Source: a phage. Taken from it: a stretch of 48,114 bases of DNA. Shown piece after piece: positions 38,680 through 46,912 of the stretch. Each line of letters starts with the position of its first letter. Positions within the stretch are counted from its first letter, which is position 1. The stretch lies in sequence record OZ346203.1; one strand, written 5' to 3'. A program made the position numbers and the translations under genes. The notes below the pieces were generated by a model. It was not told where the DNA came from, made no database searches, and was given only the letters and a program-made list of their open reading frames with translations.

Positions 38680-38787
38680 TTAAATATCCTCAATTGAAAT
38701 ATGAATGACGTGGCGCTCTTTTCCCGTCGCCGCCGTAATGGTCATTTGCAACCGCCACCATCCAGGTATTTTTGAAAATAAATAGCA

Positions 38788-39000
38788 TCATTTCTTATTT
38801 TTCATCTTAAATTTATGGCCTGGAACACCAGCGCCAATATAGCCATCGTTGTATTCCATTAAATAAAGGTGAAGACCATTGTCTGAAATTACATGGGGAT
38901 CTTCTTTGAGATTTCCCATTAGTGGATATTCTTTTCCGCGCGTAAATCTCCAAGTTGAGTTATAAGTTTCTACGCATTTAAGTTTTAATTGCTTTGCCAT
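38788..39000 (-). CDS. hypothetical protein
   Basis: 70 aa; coupled to upstream gene. Confidence 0.5.
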   Translation of the reverse strand: MAKQLKLKCVETYNSTWRFTRGKEYPLMGNLKEDPHVISDNGLHLYLMEYNDGYIGAGVPGHKFKMKNKK

Positions 39001-39197
39001 TAAATGATCTCCATTACGGTTTCAAAGCCAGCCAACTTGAAATGATATTCGTTAACCTTAACAACCTTCCATTCCAAGCCTGAATGGTAAGCAACCATAT
39101 CATCAAGATCGATGGTAATTTCAGTGCCTTTCTTGAATAAGCCTTTTTCGTGAGACTTGTCGCGAATAATTACTTTAACATCAACTTGATTTTCCAT
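39000..39197 (-). CDS. hypothetical protein
   Basis: 65 aa from ATG 39197 with GAGGA RBS (track start 39248 lies inside the promoter element). Confidence 0.5.
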   Translation of the reverse strand: MENQVDVKVIIRDKSHEKGLFKKGTEITIDLDDMVAYHSGLEWKVVKVNEYHFKLAGFETVMEII

Positions 39198-39228
39198 CTT
39201 TAAATCCTCGTTTGTTGTCGATGGGTGT

Positions 39229-39272
39229 AATATACCATTCAGGAGCACATCGTTTTTAACAAAAAGTGCTAT
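39229..39272 (-). promoter_or_regulatory. long-spacer promoter-like module upstream of 39197 gene
   Basis: ATAGCAC-TTT-TTGTTA, 22 bp, TATATT, then conserved leader ACACCCATCGACAAC...GAGGATTT. Confidence 0.55.
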
Positions 39273-39559
39273 TCAACAACTTTTCCAGTTAAAGAGATAA
39301 GTTGCCTTGTAATCTTGTGGCGTCGATACTTACGCGCAACAACCGGAAGGTTTTCACCGCTTTGATGACCAAAACAGATCGGCAATTCACCTTCAAGCGA
39401 ACGGAAGCCGCCAAATTCAAGATCCCGCACTGGCTTCGCGCGCCAGGCTTCAATAAATCCGCGTTCGTCACGAGTGATATAGCGGTATATGTTCGGGAGG
39501 GGCAATTGTATCCCCTCAAAATCCACGGTATCGGTATAGCTATAAAACTTAGAACTCAT
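39269..39559 (-). CDS. hypothetical protein
   Basis: 96 aa from ATG 39559 (GGAG RBS); alternative start 39610; stop TAG embedded in the conserved element. Confidence 0.45.
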   Translation of the reverse strand: MSSKFYSYTDTVDFEGIQLPLPNIYRYITRDERGFIEAWRAKPVRDLEFGGFRSLEGELPICFGHQSGENLPVVARKYRRHKITRQLISLTGKVVE

Positions 39560-39701
39560 AGTCAACAACTCCAAACTCGTTAACGATTTGCGCCTTGTAG
39601 AAGCCGCCATTTTTAGCCAGGTTGTAACAAGCGGCTACGGTTTCAAATTCGCGCGCTTCCGGCTGGCTGTTTTCGTGTTCCCAGGTAATCAGAGTAACCA
39701 T
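39549..39701 (-). CDS. hypothetical small protein (below the ORF-track length cutoff)
   Basis: 50 aa; GAGGA RBS; first ORF behind promoter-like element 39735-39778. Confidence 0.45.
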   Translation of the reverse strand: MVTLITWEHENSQPEAREFETVAACYNLAKNGGFYKAQIVNEFGVVDYEF

Positions 39702-39734
39702 TTTCAAATCCTCACATTCGTTGTCGATGCGTGT

Positions 39735-39778
39735 AATGTACAGGAATGCGAGGATTGAGTTTTAACAAAAAGTGCTAT
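39735..39778 (-). promoter_or_regulatory. long-spacer promoter-like module upstream of 39701 ORF
   Basis: ATAGCAC-TTT-TTGTTA, 22 bp, TACATT, then conserved leader ACACGCATCGACAAC...GAGGATTT. Confidence 0.55.
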
Positions 39779-40042
39779 TTAGTCCAGAAATTCGATTTCA
39801 CGCTCGCCAGTTAACGGATCTACAAGCCAGAATCCGAGAGGTTCGCCATAAACACCGCCATAGAATCCAAGCGCCGCCAGATCTTCACCTTTAACGAATA
39901 CCAGGTTCCCGCTACGGCTTACGTGAGACACGTTAACGATAACCGGAAATGTGCGATCCTTAAATGCGGGCCGCAGGGCGTAACATCCGTTATTAAGCAA
40001 ACGTGCTTTGCGCTTAACTGGAATAGGTGCATTAATTTTCAT
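39779..40042 (-). CDS. hypothetical protein
   Basis: 87 aa; AGGAG RBS; stop TAA abuts the conserved element. Confidence 0.5.
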   Translation of the reverse strand: MKINAPIPVKRKARLLNNGCYALRPAFKDRTFPVIVNVSHVSRSGNLVFVKGEDLAALGFYGGVYGEPLGFWLVDPLTGEREIEFLD

Positions 40043-40054
40043 GGTTATTACTCC

Positions 40055-40282
40055 TTATCGTAAAGATTTAAAGACGTATAGTTTATTGCGGTAACTATAT
40101 ATCCGCATTGTTATTTCTCGCAATGCAATATATTCCTTCCTGTTTTCCGGCATCCTGGCGAGCAATAACAGGCAGTATTTATAAGCGCGGTCAAGATTCC
40201 TTTCCGTGCCCCTGCAATATCCCTTGTTGCGCCTGGAGCGGTACAGCCATAACAATTTCTTGAACATTTCAGATACGCCCAT
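40055..40282 (-). CDS. hypothetical basic protein
   Basis: about 75 aa from ATG 40282 (40267 alternative); full-length track ORF would overlap the upstream gene by 116 nt. Confidence 0.35.
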   Translation of the reverse strand: MGVSEMFKKLLWLYRSRRNKGYCRGTERNLDRAYKYCLLLLARMPENRKEYIALREITMRIYSYRNKLYVFKSLR

Positions 40283-40478
40283 ACAGATCGCAAACCTCGT
40301 TGATAAAACAGCGTTGAGACTCTTTATTGTCACGCTCAAAAATTGCGCGGCATTCAAACTTAAGATTATGCACGATGACAACAACCATATTTTCAGGCAT
40401 TGAGCGGTTATAGCGTCGCGCGTCAGTGATTAAAACATCCATACCCATCTCATGTGCTTTCTTGATCACATCCAACAT
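40269..40478 (-). CDS. hypothetical protein
   Basis: 69 aa from ATG 40478 with GGAGAAG RBS (track start 40502 is TTG). Confidence 0.45.
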   Translation of the reverse strand: MLDVIKKAHEMGMDVLITDARRYNRSMPENMVVVIVHNLKFECRAIFERDNKESQRCFINEVCDLYGRI

Positions 40479-40732
40479 TTTTTCTTCTCCTGCAATAAGC
40501 AAACATCATTGATAAAATCAGCACGGCCCTTAATGTTGCTGATGTGGAACGTCTTTTCAGCGTACAGGCCATCACCTTCAATCACGATCATTACGCGAGT
40601 CGGTTTATTCACGGGCGCACATGAAAAGAGTGGGCGCACCGGAAGAAATTTAGTAGCCACATCCAGGTTAGCCCTGGCGGCCCTGCAAAATGCCTCCGCC
40701 AGATCCAAATCATTTTCGGTAATCACCGCCAT
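40466..40732 (-). CDS. hypothetical protein
   Basis: 88 aa; translationally coupled to upstream gene. Confidence 0.45.
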   Translation of the reverse strand: MAVITENDLDLAEAFCRAARANLDVATKFLPVRPLFSCAPVNKPTRVMIVIEGDGLYAEKTFHISNIKGRADFINDVCLLQEKKKCWM

Positions 40733-41004
40733 TACTTCTTGATCTCCTCACTGATAAATTTCAGCACCTGACGCAAGAAAACTTCGTTGTTGATAGTCGC
40801 TGGCAATTCTTCCTTCACTTCTTGCGGCAGATAGATATTGCCGTGCCAGGTCAAGCAATCGTAGTTGATACGATAAGAGCAAAGCCACTCACAATCGTTA
40901 TCTGCTTCCCAAATACAGAGTTGCAGAACATCGCCAAAATCTTCAACAGTCAGATCCAGACCGTGACGCTTAGCGAAGTTGAAAGTGGTTTTGCTGATGT
41001 TCAT
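40732..41004 (-). CDS. hypothetical protein (first gene of leftward early operon)
   Basis: 90 aa; AGGAG RBS; 34 nt downstream of promoter-like element 41039-41082. Confidence 0.5.
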   Translation of the reverse strand: MNISKTTFNFAKRHGLDLTVEDFGDVLQLCIWEADNDCEWLCSYRINYDCLTWHGNIYLPQEVKEELPATINNEVFLRQVLKFISEEIKK

Positions 41005-41038
41005 TGCTATCTCCTGAGCGGTTCGTTTTGATGTGTGT

Positions 41039-41082
41039 AATGTACCCGATCAGACGGCCTGAGTTTTAACAAAAAGTGCTAT
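41039..41082 (-). promoter_or_regulatory. long-spacer promoter-like module upstream of leftward early operon
   Basis: ATAGCAC-TTT-TTGTTA, 22 bp, TACATT; ATG of 41004 gene 34 nt downstream. Confidence 0.55.
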
Positions 41083-41112
41083 TTGACGGTTAGCACCAGG
41101 ATTGTGATCGAA

Positions 41113-41201
41113 ATAATCAAAAGTAATCATTCGTAATCAAATCACGTCAAAATGATGATTTCCTTTGCAAATTTGATGAGAAAAGTAATCACGTTTAATC
41201 A
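41113..41201. repeat. phased TAATCA iteron-like array (5 direct copies at 10-bp phasing in two clusters, plus inverted TGATT copies)
   Basis: NTAATCA at about 41113, 41123, 41133, 41185, 41195; within the largest noncoding region. Confidence 0.5.
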
Positions 41202-41637
41202 TTGGTTGCAGGGGAGATAGTGAAACCTTCCCCTCTTGCCTCACTTTTCCGCCTGGCTGTCAGTGGTTGTTGTCTTTTGTTCACCCCTGTTACCGATTTC
41301 AGGCGGCGTGTTTCCGCGCGGTTTTCCGGTGTAGCGAAAACGGAAAAAACAAAAAAAATCCTATATAATACATTGAAAATAAAGATTATTTATTTATATA
41401 TATCTATAATGTTTTCTTTTTGTTCTCACTGTTACAGTGCTTTTTGTTGGTTATGGTGTGGTTGTGTGTGGGTATATATGGATAGTTGCGCGCGCTGCGG
41501 ATTGCATATGTATATATACTTTTTCCGGCGGATTGCGTTAACAGCGTGAACAGAAAAATAACAGCCCTGAAATCAACAACTTGCGCATGATTTTGTAGTT
41601 TTTCGATATTGGTAACGTTTTGAATACAACAAAAACA

Positions 41638-41665
41638 TTGACACGCACCAAATAGCTTTTATAAT
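41638..41665 (+). promoter_or_regulatory. sigma70-type promoter (TTGACA, 16 bp, TATAAT) for rightward early operon
   Basis: consensus -35 and -10; ATG at 41697. Confidence 0.65.
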
Positions 41666-41696
41666 GCGCCAACAGTCAACAACTGGAGGAAAGGAA

Positions 41697-42161
41697 ATGG
41701 AACAGAAGACCACTAAGGACTATTGCGATTGGCTTCGCGAGCTTGGTCGCCGCCTGGCTAGTGGCGATATTGAAGAGTATAAAATGTCACTAATTGACCT
41801 GGCCGGAATGTTAAGCGGTGATGACTGCTACAAGATCACGCGCAGTTCATCCTACAGCCGGACCATTATCAACCGCGTTCCAGAAGTAAGGGCCGCAGGT
41901 CGGGTAAGTATCAAGGTCGAGGAAACGGAAGATGATAAATTTTACGTTTTCCGCATGGTCCGAGAATCGAAAAGGAAAATCATCACGCCCGAAGAATTGC
42001 CAGCCATCAAGGCAAGGGCGATCAAAAAGTTTGCCGATCGCTTACTGGCAGCAATCCCGAACATCGTTGACCTGGAAGGGGATAAACTGGCTGGAGCTTG
42101 TGAGGGCGTAAGCCGCTACCAGGATATGATCCGCGAAATCATCAAAGAGGAGGAGCAATAA
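41697..42161 (+). CDS. hypothetical protein (first gene of rightward early operon)
   Basis: 154 aa from ATG 41697 with GGAGGAAAGG RBS; downstream of TTGACA-16-TATAAT promoter. Confidence 0.5.
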   Translation: MEQKTTKDYCDWLRELGRRLASGDIEEYKMSLIDLAGMLSGDDCYKITRSSSYSRTIINRVPEVRAAGRVSIKVEETEDDKFYVFRMVRESKRKIITPEELPAIKARAIKKFADRLLAAIPNIVDLEGDKLAGACEGVSRYQDMIREIIKEEEQ

Positions 42162-42700
42162 TGAAAAAATACACTTTCGAACTGTGGGGCAAGAAGTACG
42201 AATTAATCACCAGCAAGCCGATTGTTATCGTTGATCTGGATGGCACACTATCGGACGGATCGCATCGCTTGCACTTGTTGCCAACTGAAAACTTGCACCT
42301 TACCGAATCGTGGAGCGAATTTAACAGGGCCGCCGCCGGAGATTCGCCGATTAAAAGCACGATCGCAGTTATTAACGGTTTGTGGGTGTCAGGATTTGCC
42401 ATCGTCATCTTGACCGGACGCAGCGACGAGGTGCGCTACGAAACCTGCAAATGGCTTAACGAGAACGGCGTGAAGTTTGACGAAATCATCATGCGCCGCC
42501 AGGAGGACAACCGAAAGGATACGGTTATTAAAGAAGAAGCCTTGCGCGCTATTGGCCTGGACAACATTGTTTGCGCCTTTGACGATTCGCCGAACGTGGT
42601 TAAGCACTTCCGCAGCTTGGGGATCACAACCTATCAGGTCACGGAATACGACAAGCCACACGCTCACCTGCAATCTCACGGCGTGGAGTGTTTAAAATGA
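42161..42700 (+). CDS. HAD-superfamily phosphatase (nucleotidase / Pnk-phosphatase-like)
   Basis: 179 aa; HAD motif I DLDGTLSDG; TAATG overlap with upstream gene. Confidence 0.6.
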   Translation: MKKYTFELWGKKYELITSKPIVIVDLDGTLSDGSHRLHLLPTENLHLTESWSEFNRAAAGDSPIKSTIAVINGLWVSGFAIVILTGRSDEVRYETCKWLNENGVKFDEIIMRRQEDNRKDTVIKEEALRAIGLDNIVCAFDDSPNVVKHFRSLGITTYQVTEYDKPHAHLQSHGVECLK

Positions 42701-42858
42701 CTTGGTTGCTTTTAATCTTTGTCACAAGTTACAACTCCGCAGCTATTGAGTCGCAGGAGTTCCACGGCGAATCAAGATGCCAGGAAGCGCGAAAGCAAGT
42801 TATTCTCCACATGTCAGATAGCGGGAAGGATGTAACAGCGTTATGCGTTCGTAAATAG
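42697..42858 (+). CDS. small protein with signal-peptide-like N-terminus (below the ORF-track length cutoff)
   Basis: 53 aa MTWLLLIFVTSYNSAA...; ATGA overlap with upstream stop; GGAG RBS; stop TAG inside the conserved element. Confidence 0.45.
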   Translation: MTWLLLIFVTSYNSAAIESQEFHGESRCQEARKQVILHMSDSGKDVTALCVRK

Positions 42859-42897
42859 CACTTTTGCAAAAACAGATTATCGGGCTTGCGGTATAGT
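42855..42897 (+). promoter_or_regulatory. long-spacer promoter-like module upstream of 42929 gene
   Basis: ATAGCAC-TT-TTGCAA, 22-bp spacer with hairpin GGGCTT/AAGCCC, TATAGT 42892-42897. Confidence 0.5.
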
Positions 42898-42928
42898 AAG
42901 CCCATCAACAACGAACGAGGATTAAATC

Positions 42929-43192
42929 ATGGCTAACAAGATCGAGTTTTTTAAAGCGGTAGACATTATCGACGGCGCGCCTAGCTTCTTCGCTATCCAT
43001 TCTATTGACGGCAAGGATATTGGGTACAACGTCATTCGTCGAGATGGAATCTCAAAACTTAGCGACCTGGTAGGTTTTGTTGTGTCAAACGGGAAATGTG
43101 CATGGCGCGATTCGCCACGAGAGCCGCGCCGCCGCGACATGATTGATCCTGAATTACTTTACACGCTGGTAGTTGAAGGAGAAAATAAATGA
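42929..43192 (+). CDS. hypothetical protein
   Basis: 87 aa; GAGGA RBS; 31 nt downstream of promoter-like element 42855-42897. Confidence 0.5.
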   Translation: MANKIEFFKAVDIIDGAPSFFAIHSIDGKDIGYNVIRRDGISKLSDLVGFVVSNGKCAWRDSPREPRRRDMIDPELLYTLVVEGENK

Positions 43193-43374
43193 TTTGGTTA
43201 CTTGCTTTTTTGGTTGTTTTTCTTTACATTTCAGGCTTATTCACGTTCCGCGCGTTGGTGAAATATTCTGACGCGACAGACAAAGACGATAAAATCGTTC
43301 TCGCTTTCTGGTTTGTTTGGGTGTGGTTAGCAATTTACGAGATCATCAGAGACAAACATAAATTTGAGTGGTGA
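43189..43374 (+). CDS. small membrane protein
   Basis: 61 aa; two predicted TMDs; ATGA overlap. Confidence 0.5.
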   Translation: MIWLLAFLVVFLYISGLFTFRALVKYSDATDKDDKIVLAFWFVWVWLAIYEIIRDKHKFEW

Positions 43375-43430
43375 TTCTTGCTATGGCGCATTCATGAAGT
43401 GCGCCATTTTGAGAAAACCTAAAGGGGGAA

Positions 43431-43583
43431 ATGATGCGTAACTTTGAAAAAATCATTACCAAAAAGAAGCGTCGCGGGTACGATGAGCATGTGGAGCTTG
43501 TGAAAAAGCAACGCAAGAAGCGCAACGAAGACAAGAAGCGCGGGAAAAAATTTAATGCGATTTTTCGCTATGGAGATCATTAA
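43431..43583 (+). CDS. small highly basic protein (below the ORF-track length cutoff)
   Basis: 50 aa, about 40% Lys/Arg; AAAGGGGGAA RBS; preceded by hairpin; ends 2 nt before the kinase ATG. Confidence 0.45.
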   Translation: MMRNFEKIITKKKRRGYDEHVELVKKQRKKRNEDKKRGKKFNAIFRYGDH

Positions 43584-43585
43584 TC

Positions 43586-44176
43586 ATGAAACGAGACATT
43601 ATCATCCTTAATGGGCCGCCAGGTTGCGGGAAGGACACTATTGCAGCTTACCTAACGGGCCATCGTTACCCAGCGGTTAAGGCATCATTCAAGCAACCTA
43701 TGTTCGACATTGCTTTTTCTATGCTTGGCCCGACTCGATACGATGAATTTATGGGCCTATACAACGACCGAGAGCAAAAAGAAAAGCCTCAAGTTATCTT
43801 AGGTGGCAAGTCGCCTCGACAATTCATGATCTGGATTAGCGAGGATGTAATGAAGCCAGTTTTTGGAGATCACTATTTCGGGCGTCGAATGGTTGAAGAG
43901 ATTCACGAGATGTACCGAGATTTGTCGGTTGTGATCAGTGATGGCGGATTCCCCGAAGAAATCAAGCCGCTCGTTAAGGCGGGGCATGAGGTGCATATTT
44001 GCCGATTGCATCGCGACGGCTTCACGTTTGCTGGCGATTCGAGAGATTATATTGACCTGAGCGGTTATCACTATCGAATCCATCACTATGATTTCCACTT
44101 GCAGGACGGCAAGCCGGAACTGGCTGTAAGCGAGATCGTCAATGCAGTCAAATGGAAGCACACACAGATTAAATAG
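43586..44176 (+). CDS. P-loop nucleotide kinase (T4 gp1 dNMP-kinase-like)
   Basis: 196 aa; Walker A GPPGCGKDT at N-terminus; architecture resembles T4 deoxynucleoside monophosphate kinase. Confidence 0.65.
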   Translation: MKRDIIILNGPPGCGKDTIAAYLTGHRYPAVKASFKQPMFDIAFSMLGPTRYDEFMGLYNDREQKEKPQVILGGKSPRQFMIWISEDVMKPVFGDHYFGRRMVEEIHEMYRDLSVVISDGGFPEEIKPLVKAGHEVHICRLHRDGFTFAGDSRDYIDLSGYHYRIHHYDFHLQDGKPELAVSEIVNAVKWKHTQIK

Positions 44177-44216
44177 CACGAATTGCTAAACGCGGGGTTA
44201 TCGGCCCCGCTATAAT
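44173..44216 (+). promoter_or_regulatory. long-spacer promoter-like module upstream of 44247 gene
   Basis: ATAGCAC-GAA-TTGCTA, 22-bp spacer with hairpin GCGGGG/CCCCGC, consensus TATAAT 44211-44216. Confidence 0.55.
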
Positions 44217-44246
44217 GCTCACATCAACAAGCAAGAGGAAATCGCA

Positions 44247-44627
44247 ATGGTTAACATCAGAAAAATTCGCGTCGGCACTAAATTCTTAGTTACTTACGCA
44301 ATTCCAGATAGCGGAATGAAGAAGGGGCAGATTGTTAAGGTTGATAGCAAAAGATTCGGAATCCCTGGTATCAATGGCTATCTAATCAATAAAGATCTTG
44401 GATTCGACGGATTCGCTATCCGTGCGCTTGAGGGTATTGTTGCCACTCTTAAACGAATCACTAATCATCGCGGTTGTCCAATCAAGACGATTAAAGCGCC
44501 AGTAAATTACGGCAAACTGGATAATCGTCGAATCCGCCGCCTGGCGCGTAACGCGTTAAAATTCCGTGGCGTAGGCGATGATTTCTACTATGGATACAAG
44601 AGGATTGCGCGCAATGCTGGGAAATAA
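44247..44627 (+). CDS. hypothetical protein
   Basis: 126 aa; 30 nt downstream of promoter-like element 44173-44216 with TATAAT. Confidence 0.5.
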   Translation: MVNIRKIRVGTKFLVTYAIPDSGMKKGQIVKVDSKRFGIPGINGYLINKDLGFDGFAIRALEGIVATLKRITNHRGCPIKTIKAPVNYGKLDNRRIRRLARNALKFRGVGDDFYYGYKRIARNAGK

Positions 44628-44726
44628 CAATAACGCAACGAATCCTAAGCCACCTTTTGATTTTCATTCCGCAATGATTGCGGTATTATCAATGCTACTT
44701 TTTCTTTATAGCACGAGGGCGCTACT

Positions 44727-44975
44727 ATGGTTTTTAACGCATTGAAACGACTGTTTAAGCCGGAATACCGGATCGTATTTTGCCGCGACTGTTCTACTTA
44801 TCATGTGCAGCGACGCAGCTTAGGCGGCAATTGGCACTATGTTACAGATGACTTTTTCGGCATCATTGCCACTGAATTTAAGTATTACAGTGATGCCTAT
44901 ATGTACGTCAAGAAGCGCCACCGCTTACGCAAGTGTCGTTTTTCCGTACTGATTCACGTTAATGATTGTTACTGA
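44727..44975 (+). CDS. hypothetical Cys-containing protein
   Basis: 82 aa; CRDC...H..C pattern suggests a possible small Zn-binding protein. Confidence 0.45.
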   Translation: MVFNALKRLFKPEYRIVFCRDCSTYHVQRRSLGGNWHYVTDDFFGIIATEFKYYSDAYMYVKKRHRLRKCRFSVLIHVNDCY

Positions 44976-44982
44976 GGTGAAA

Positions 44983-45165
44983 ATGAAGACTGGTATTATT
45001 ATTCTTTTCCTGATCCTTTTCGGCAGCCATTTAACCATTAACTATGAGGGCATTATGGCCTTTTGGGGCAACTTGATGATGTTTGCCGCTGGTTCAATTG
45101 CTGGCTACTCTGACGGGAAAAAGGATGGCGTGCGCAAGATGCTGATGGGACTTAAACAAAAATAA
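44983..45165 (+). CDS. small membrane protein
   Basis: 60 aa from ATG 44983 with GAGGTG RBS; two hydrophobic segments. Confidence 0.5.
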   Translation: MKTGIIILFLILFGSHLTINYEGIMAFWGNLMMFAAGSIAGYSDGKKDGVRKMLMGLKQK

Positions 45166-45176
45166 GGGGATCTAAA

Positions 45177-45467
45177 ATGGCAAACAAAACTTACCGCAAA
45201 CTACTGGTTAACGCTTTTGAAAACATCGCGCAGTGTAACAAGTGGAACGACTCTAAACACTCGCCAGTCACAATGAAGCGCGCCGGATTCAAAAATGCTC
45301 GTTCATGGGCGCGAGCTTTCGCAGCTTGCTATATGCCGGATGGTGGACTAGGAGCGATGAACGACTTCTTGATCAACATGATAGAGGAAGCGGCGCGAGA
45401 GGATCGACCGCTGACACAGCGAGATTTTGACGACTTCGCGCGCGATGAGCTTTACTATCTGAGCTAA
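45177..45467 (+). CDS. hypothetical protein
   Basis: 96 aa; stop TAA fused to the conserved element. Confidence 0.5.
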   Translation: MANKTYRKLLVNAFENIAQCNKWNDSKHSPVTMKRAGFKNARSWARAFAACYMPDGGLGAMNDFLINMIEEAAREDRPLTQRDFDDFARDELYYLS

Positions 45468-45510
45468 TAGCACTTTTTGTTAAAACTTCCGCAAGGGCAT
45501 TTGATAAAGT
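45467..45510 (+). promoter_or_regulatory. long-spacer promoter-like module upstream of 45543 operon
   Basis: ATAGCAC 45467-45473 fused to stop TAA, TTGTTA 45477-45482, 22-bp spacer with hairpin AAGGGCA/TGCCCTT, TAAAGT. Confidence 0.5.
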
Positions 45511-45542
45511 GCCCTTATTGAAGCGAAACAGAGGAAAGCGCA

Positions 45543-45755
45543 ATGAAAATCAAAATCACCAAAATCGACACTATCAACGGCGACGGATCAATCACTCTTG
45601 AGCAATGCGGTTTGGTTGTTGGTGATGTGCTGGAAGTTGACGGTCATTTCAGTGACGGATCTTATTGTGTTATTGCGCCGCGTAACAGCGAGTTTATCAA
45701 GGCTGGCGACAATATTAGTGTTAACCATGACGAATGCGAGGTAGTAGAAGAATGA
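45543..45755 (+). CDS. hypothetical protein
   Basis: 70 aa; 32 nt downstream of promoter-like element 45467-45510. Confidence 0.5.
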   Translation: MKIKITKIDTINGDGSITLEQCGLVVGDVLEVDGHFSDGSYCVIAPRNSEFIKAGDNISVNHDECEVVEE

Positions 45756-46015
45756 TCACGATTAACCTGTCAGAGCAGCAAGCGCGCATTATGTTAGCGG
45801 CCTTTGGCTGGCGAGATGATGACGGTATTCAGGCAACGGTTAAAATCCCTGAGACGGTAGCGCGTGAAGTTTTTAACCAGCTTGAACACGCATTTGTTCC
45901 TGTTGGCACTGATCAGGCAGAAACAGCGGCTTGGTTCGGAGAGAACGGATACAGAGATCAGCAAGTCGAAAACTGGAAGCGCATAAACGAGACTGCGGAG
46001 GAATCAGGACTATGA
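45752..46015 (+). CDS. hypothetical protein
   Basis: 87 aa from ATG 45752 (ATGA overlap); track start 45734 is non-ATG. Confidence 0.45.
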   Translation: MITINLSEQQARIMLAAFGWRDDDGIQATVKIPETVAREVFNQLEHAFVPVGTDQAETAAWFGENGYRDQQVENWKRINETAEESGL

Positions 46016-46335
46016 TTTATATTCACTACTACAAGATCGGAACTAACGAAAACAAGCAGGAGCGTCGCGCAATTTGTGACACGCTTGATGAGGCTAAAAA
46101 GCGTCAACAGGTTTTAGGTGGGTGCATTCAGGGTTTTGAGTGCGTGGAGAACATCGAACAAACCAACGAACTTGTTGTCGACGAGGTGAGCCAATTGATT
46201 GACGATCTAATTAGCGAAGAATTGGGATCGCCCAGGAGCATGAATTTCACCACTGAGCAGTGGAACGAGTACAAGCACAACTCACTGGAAAACATCAAGT
46301 GCATAATGCGCGGAGAATTTAACGAAAATGAATAG
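46012..46335 (+). CDS. hypothetical protein
   Basis: 107 aa from ATG 46012 (ATGA overlap). Confidence 0.45.
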   Translation: MIYIHYYKIGTNENKQERRAICDTLDEAKKRQQVLGGCIQGFECVENIEQTNELVVDEVSQLIDDLISEELGSPRSMNFTTEQWNEYKHNSLENIKCIMRGEFNENE

Positions 46336-46391
46336 CCATAGGAGCGCATAAATCTCATTCTAACGATGAATTTTTTAATTAAGGTGATTCA

Positions 46392-46520
46392 ATGGATAAC
46401 TACATAAAACCGTCGCAGTGGTGCGCACAGAAGCAAGAGGAAGCATTAGAGCGAGGCGACACTGAAACAGCAATGCACTATTTCGAAATGTACAACTTGT
46501 GGAAGGGTAGAGGTCTGTAA
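46392..46520 (+). CDS. hypothetical small protein (below the ORF-track length cutoff)
   Basis: 42 aa; AAGGTG RBS; TAATG coupling to next gene. Confidence 0.4.
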   Translation: MDNYIKPSQWCAQKQEEALERGDTETAMHYFEMYNLWKGRGL

Positions 46521-46750
46521 TGTTTGGAATGAACGAGGCGCAATTCAACGCAGCTAAACGCCAGGCTAAAAAGTGCGGCGAGGCGATGAAAGCGGATGTG
46601 GAAAAGCGCGGGAAGTATGTTGATGAAGTAATGAAGGGCATCATTGCAGAACACTACCAGCCAATCGCGCCAATGTTGACGATCACTCAATTCATTTGGC
46701 TATGTGGTTACTTGCGCGGACGTTGGGGGAACGCTTTCGACAGGGAATGA
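46520..46750 (+). CDS. hypothetical protein
   Basis: 76 aa; coupled to upstream small ORF. Confidence 0.5.
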   Translation: MFGMNEAQFNAAKRQAKKCGEAMKADVEKRGKYVDEVMKGIIAEHYQPIAPMLTITQFIWLCGYLRGRWGNAFDRE

Positions 46751-46779
46751 TTGACAACTCTTTCCTGATTGGTTAGCAT
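46751..46779 (+). promoter_or_regulatory. sigma70-like promoter (TTGACA, 17 bp, TAGCAT), putative
   Basis: consensus -35 directly after stop of 46520-46750; weaker -10. Confidence 0.4.
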
Positions 46780-46912
46780 GGCGTCGTTTACATAAGAGCG
46801 GCTTAGTCCGAACGCGTGACGCGATAGTCACACAGCAACGGCGATATGCAGGAGGTTTTTGCAATGCAAGATAATCCGTAAGACGTATCGCCTTTTTTAA
46901 TGGAGATTCAAA

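Noticed and set aside
40055-40384. Full-length 109-aa version of ORF 40055-40384
   Set aside because: Its first 116 nt overlap the upstream gene 40269-40478 in another frame; an internal ATG (40282 or 40267) gives a non-overlapping coupled gene.
41202-41549. 115-aa ORF inside the AT-rich noncoding hub
   Set aside because: Low-complexity Cys/Phe/Tyr-rich translation of AT-rich and GT-repeat DNA, no RBS, spans predicted hairpins and the AT-rich tract.
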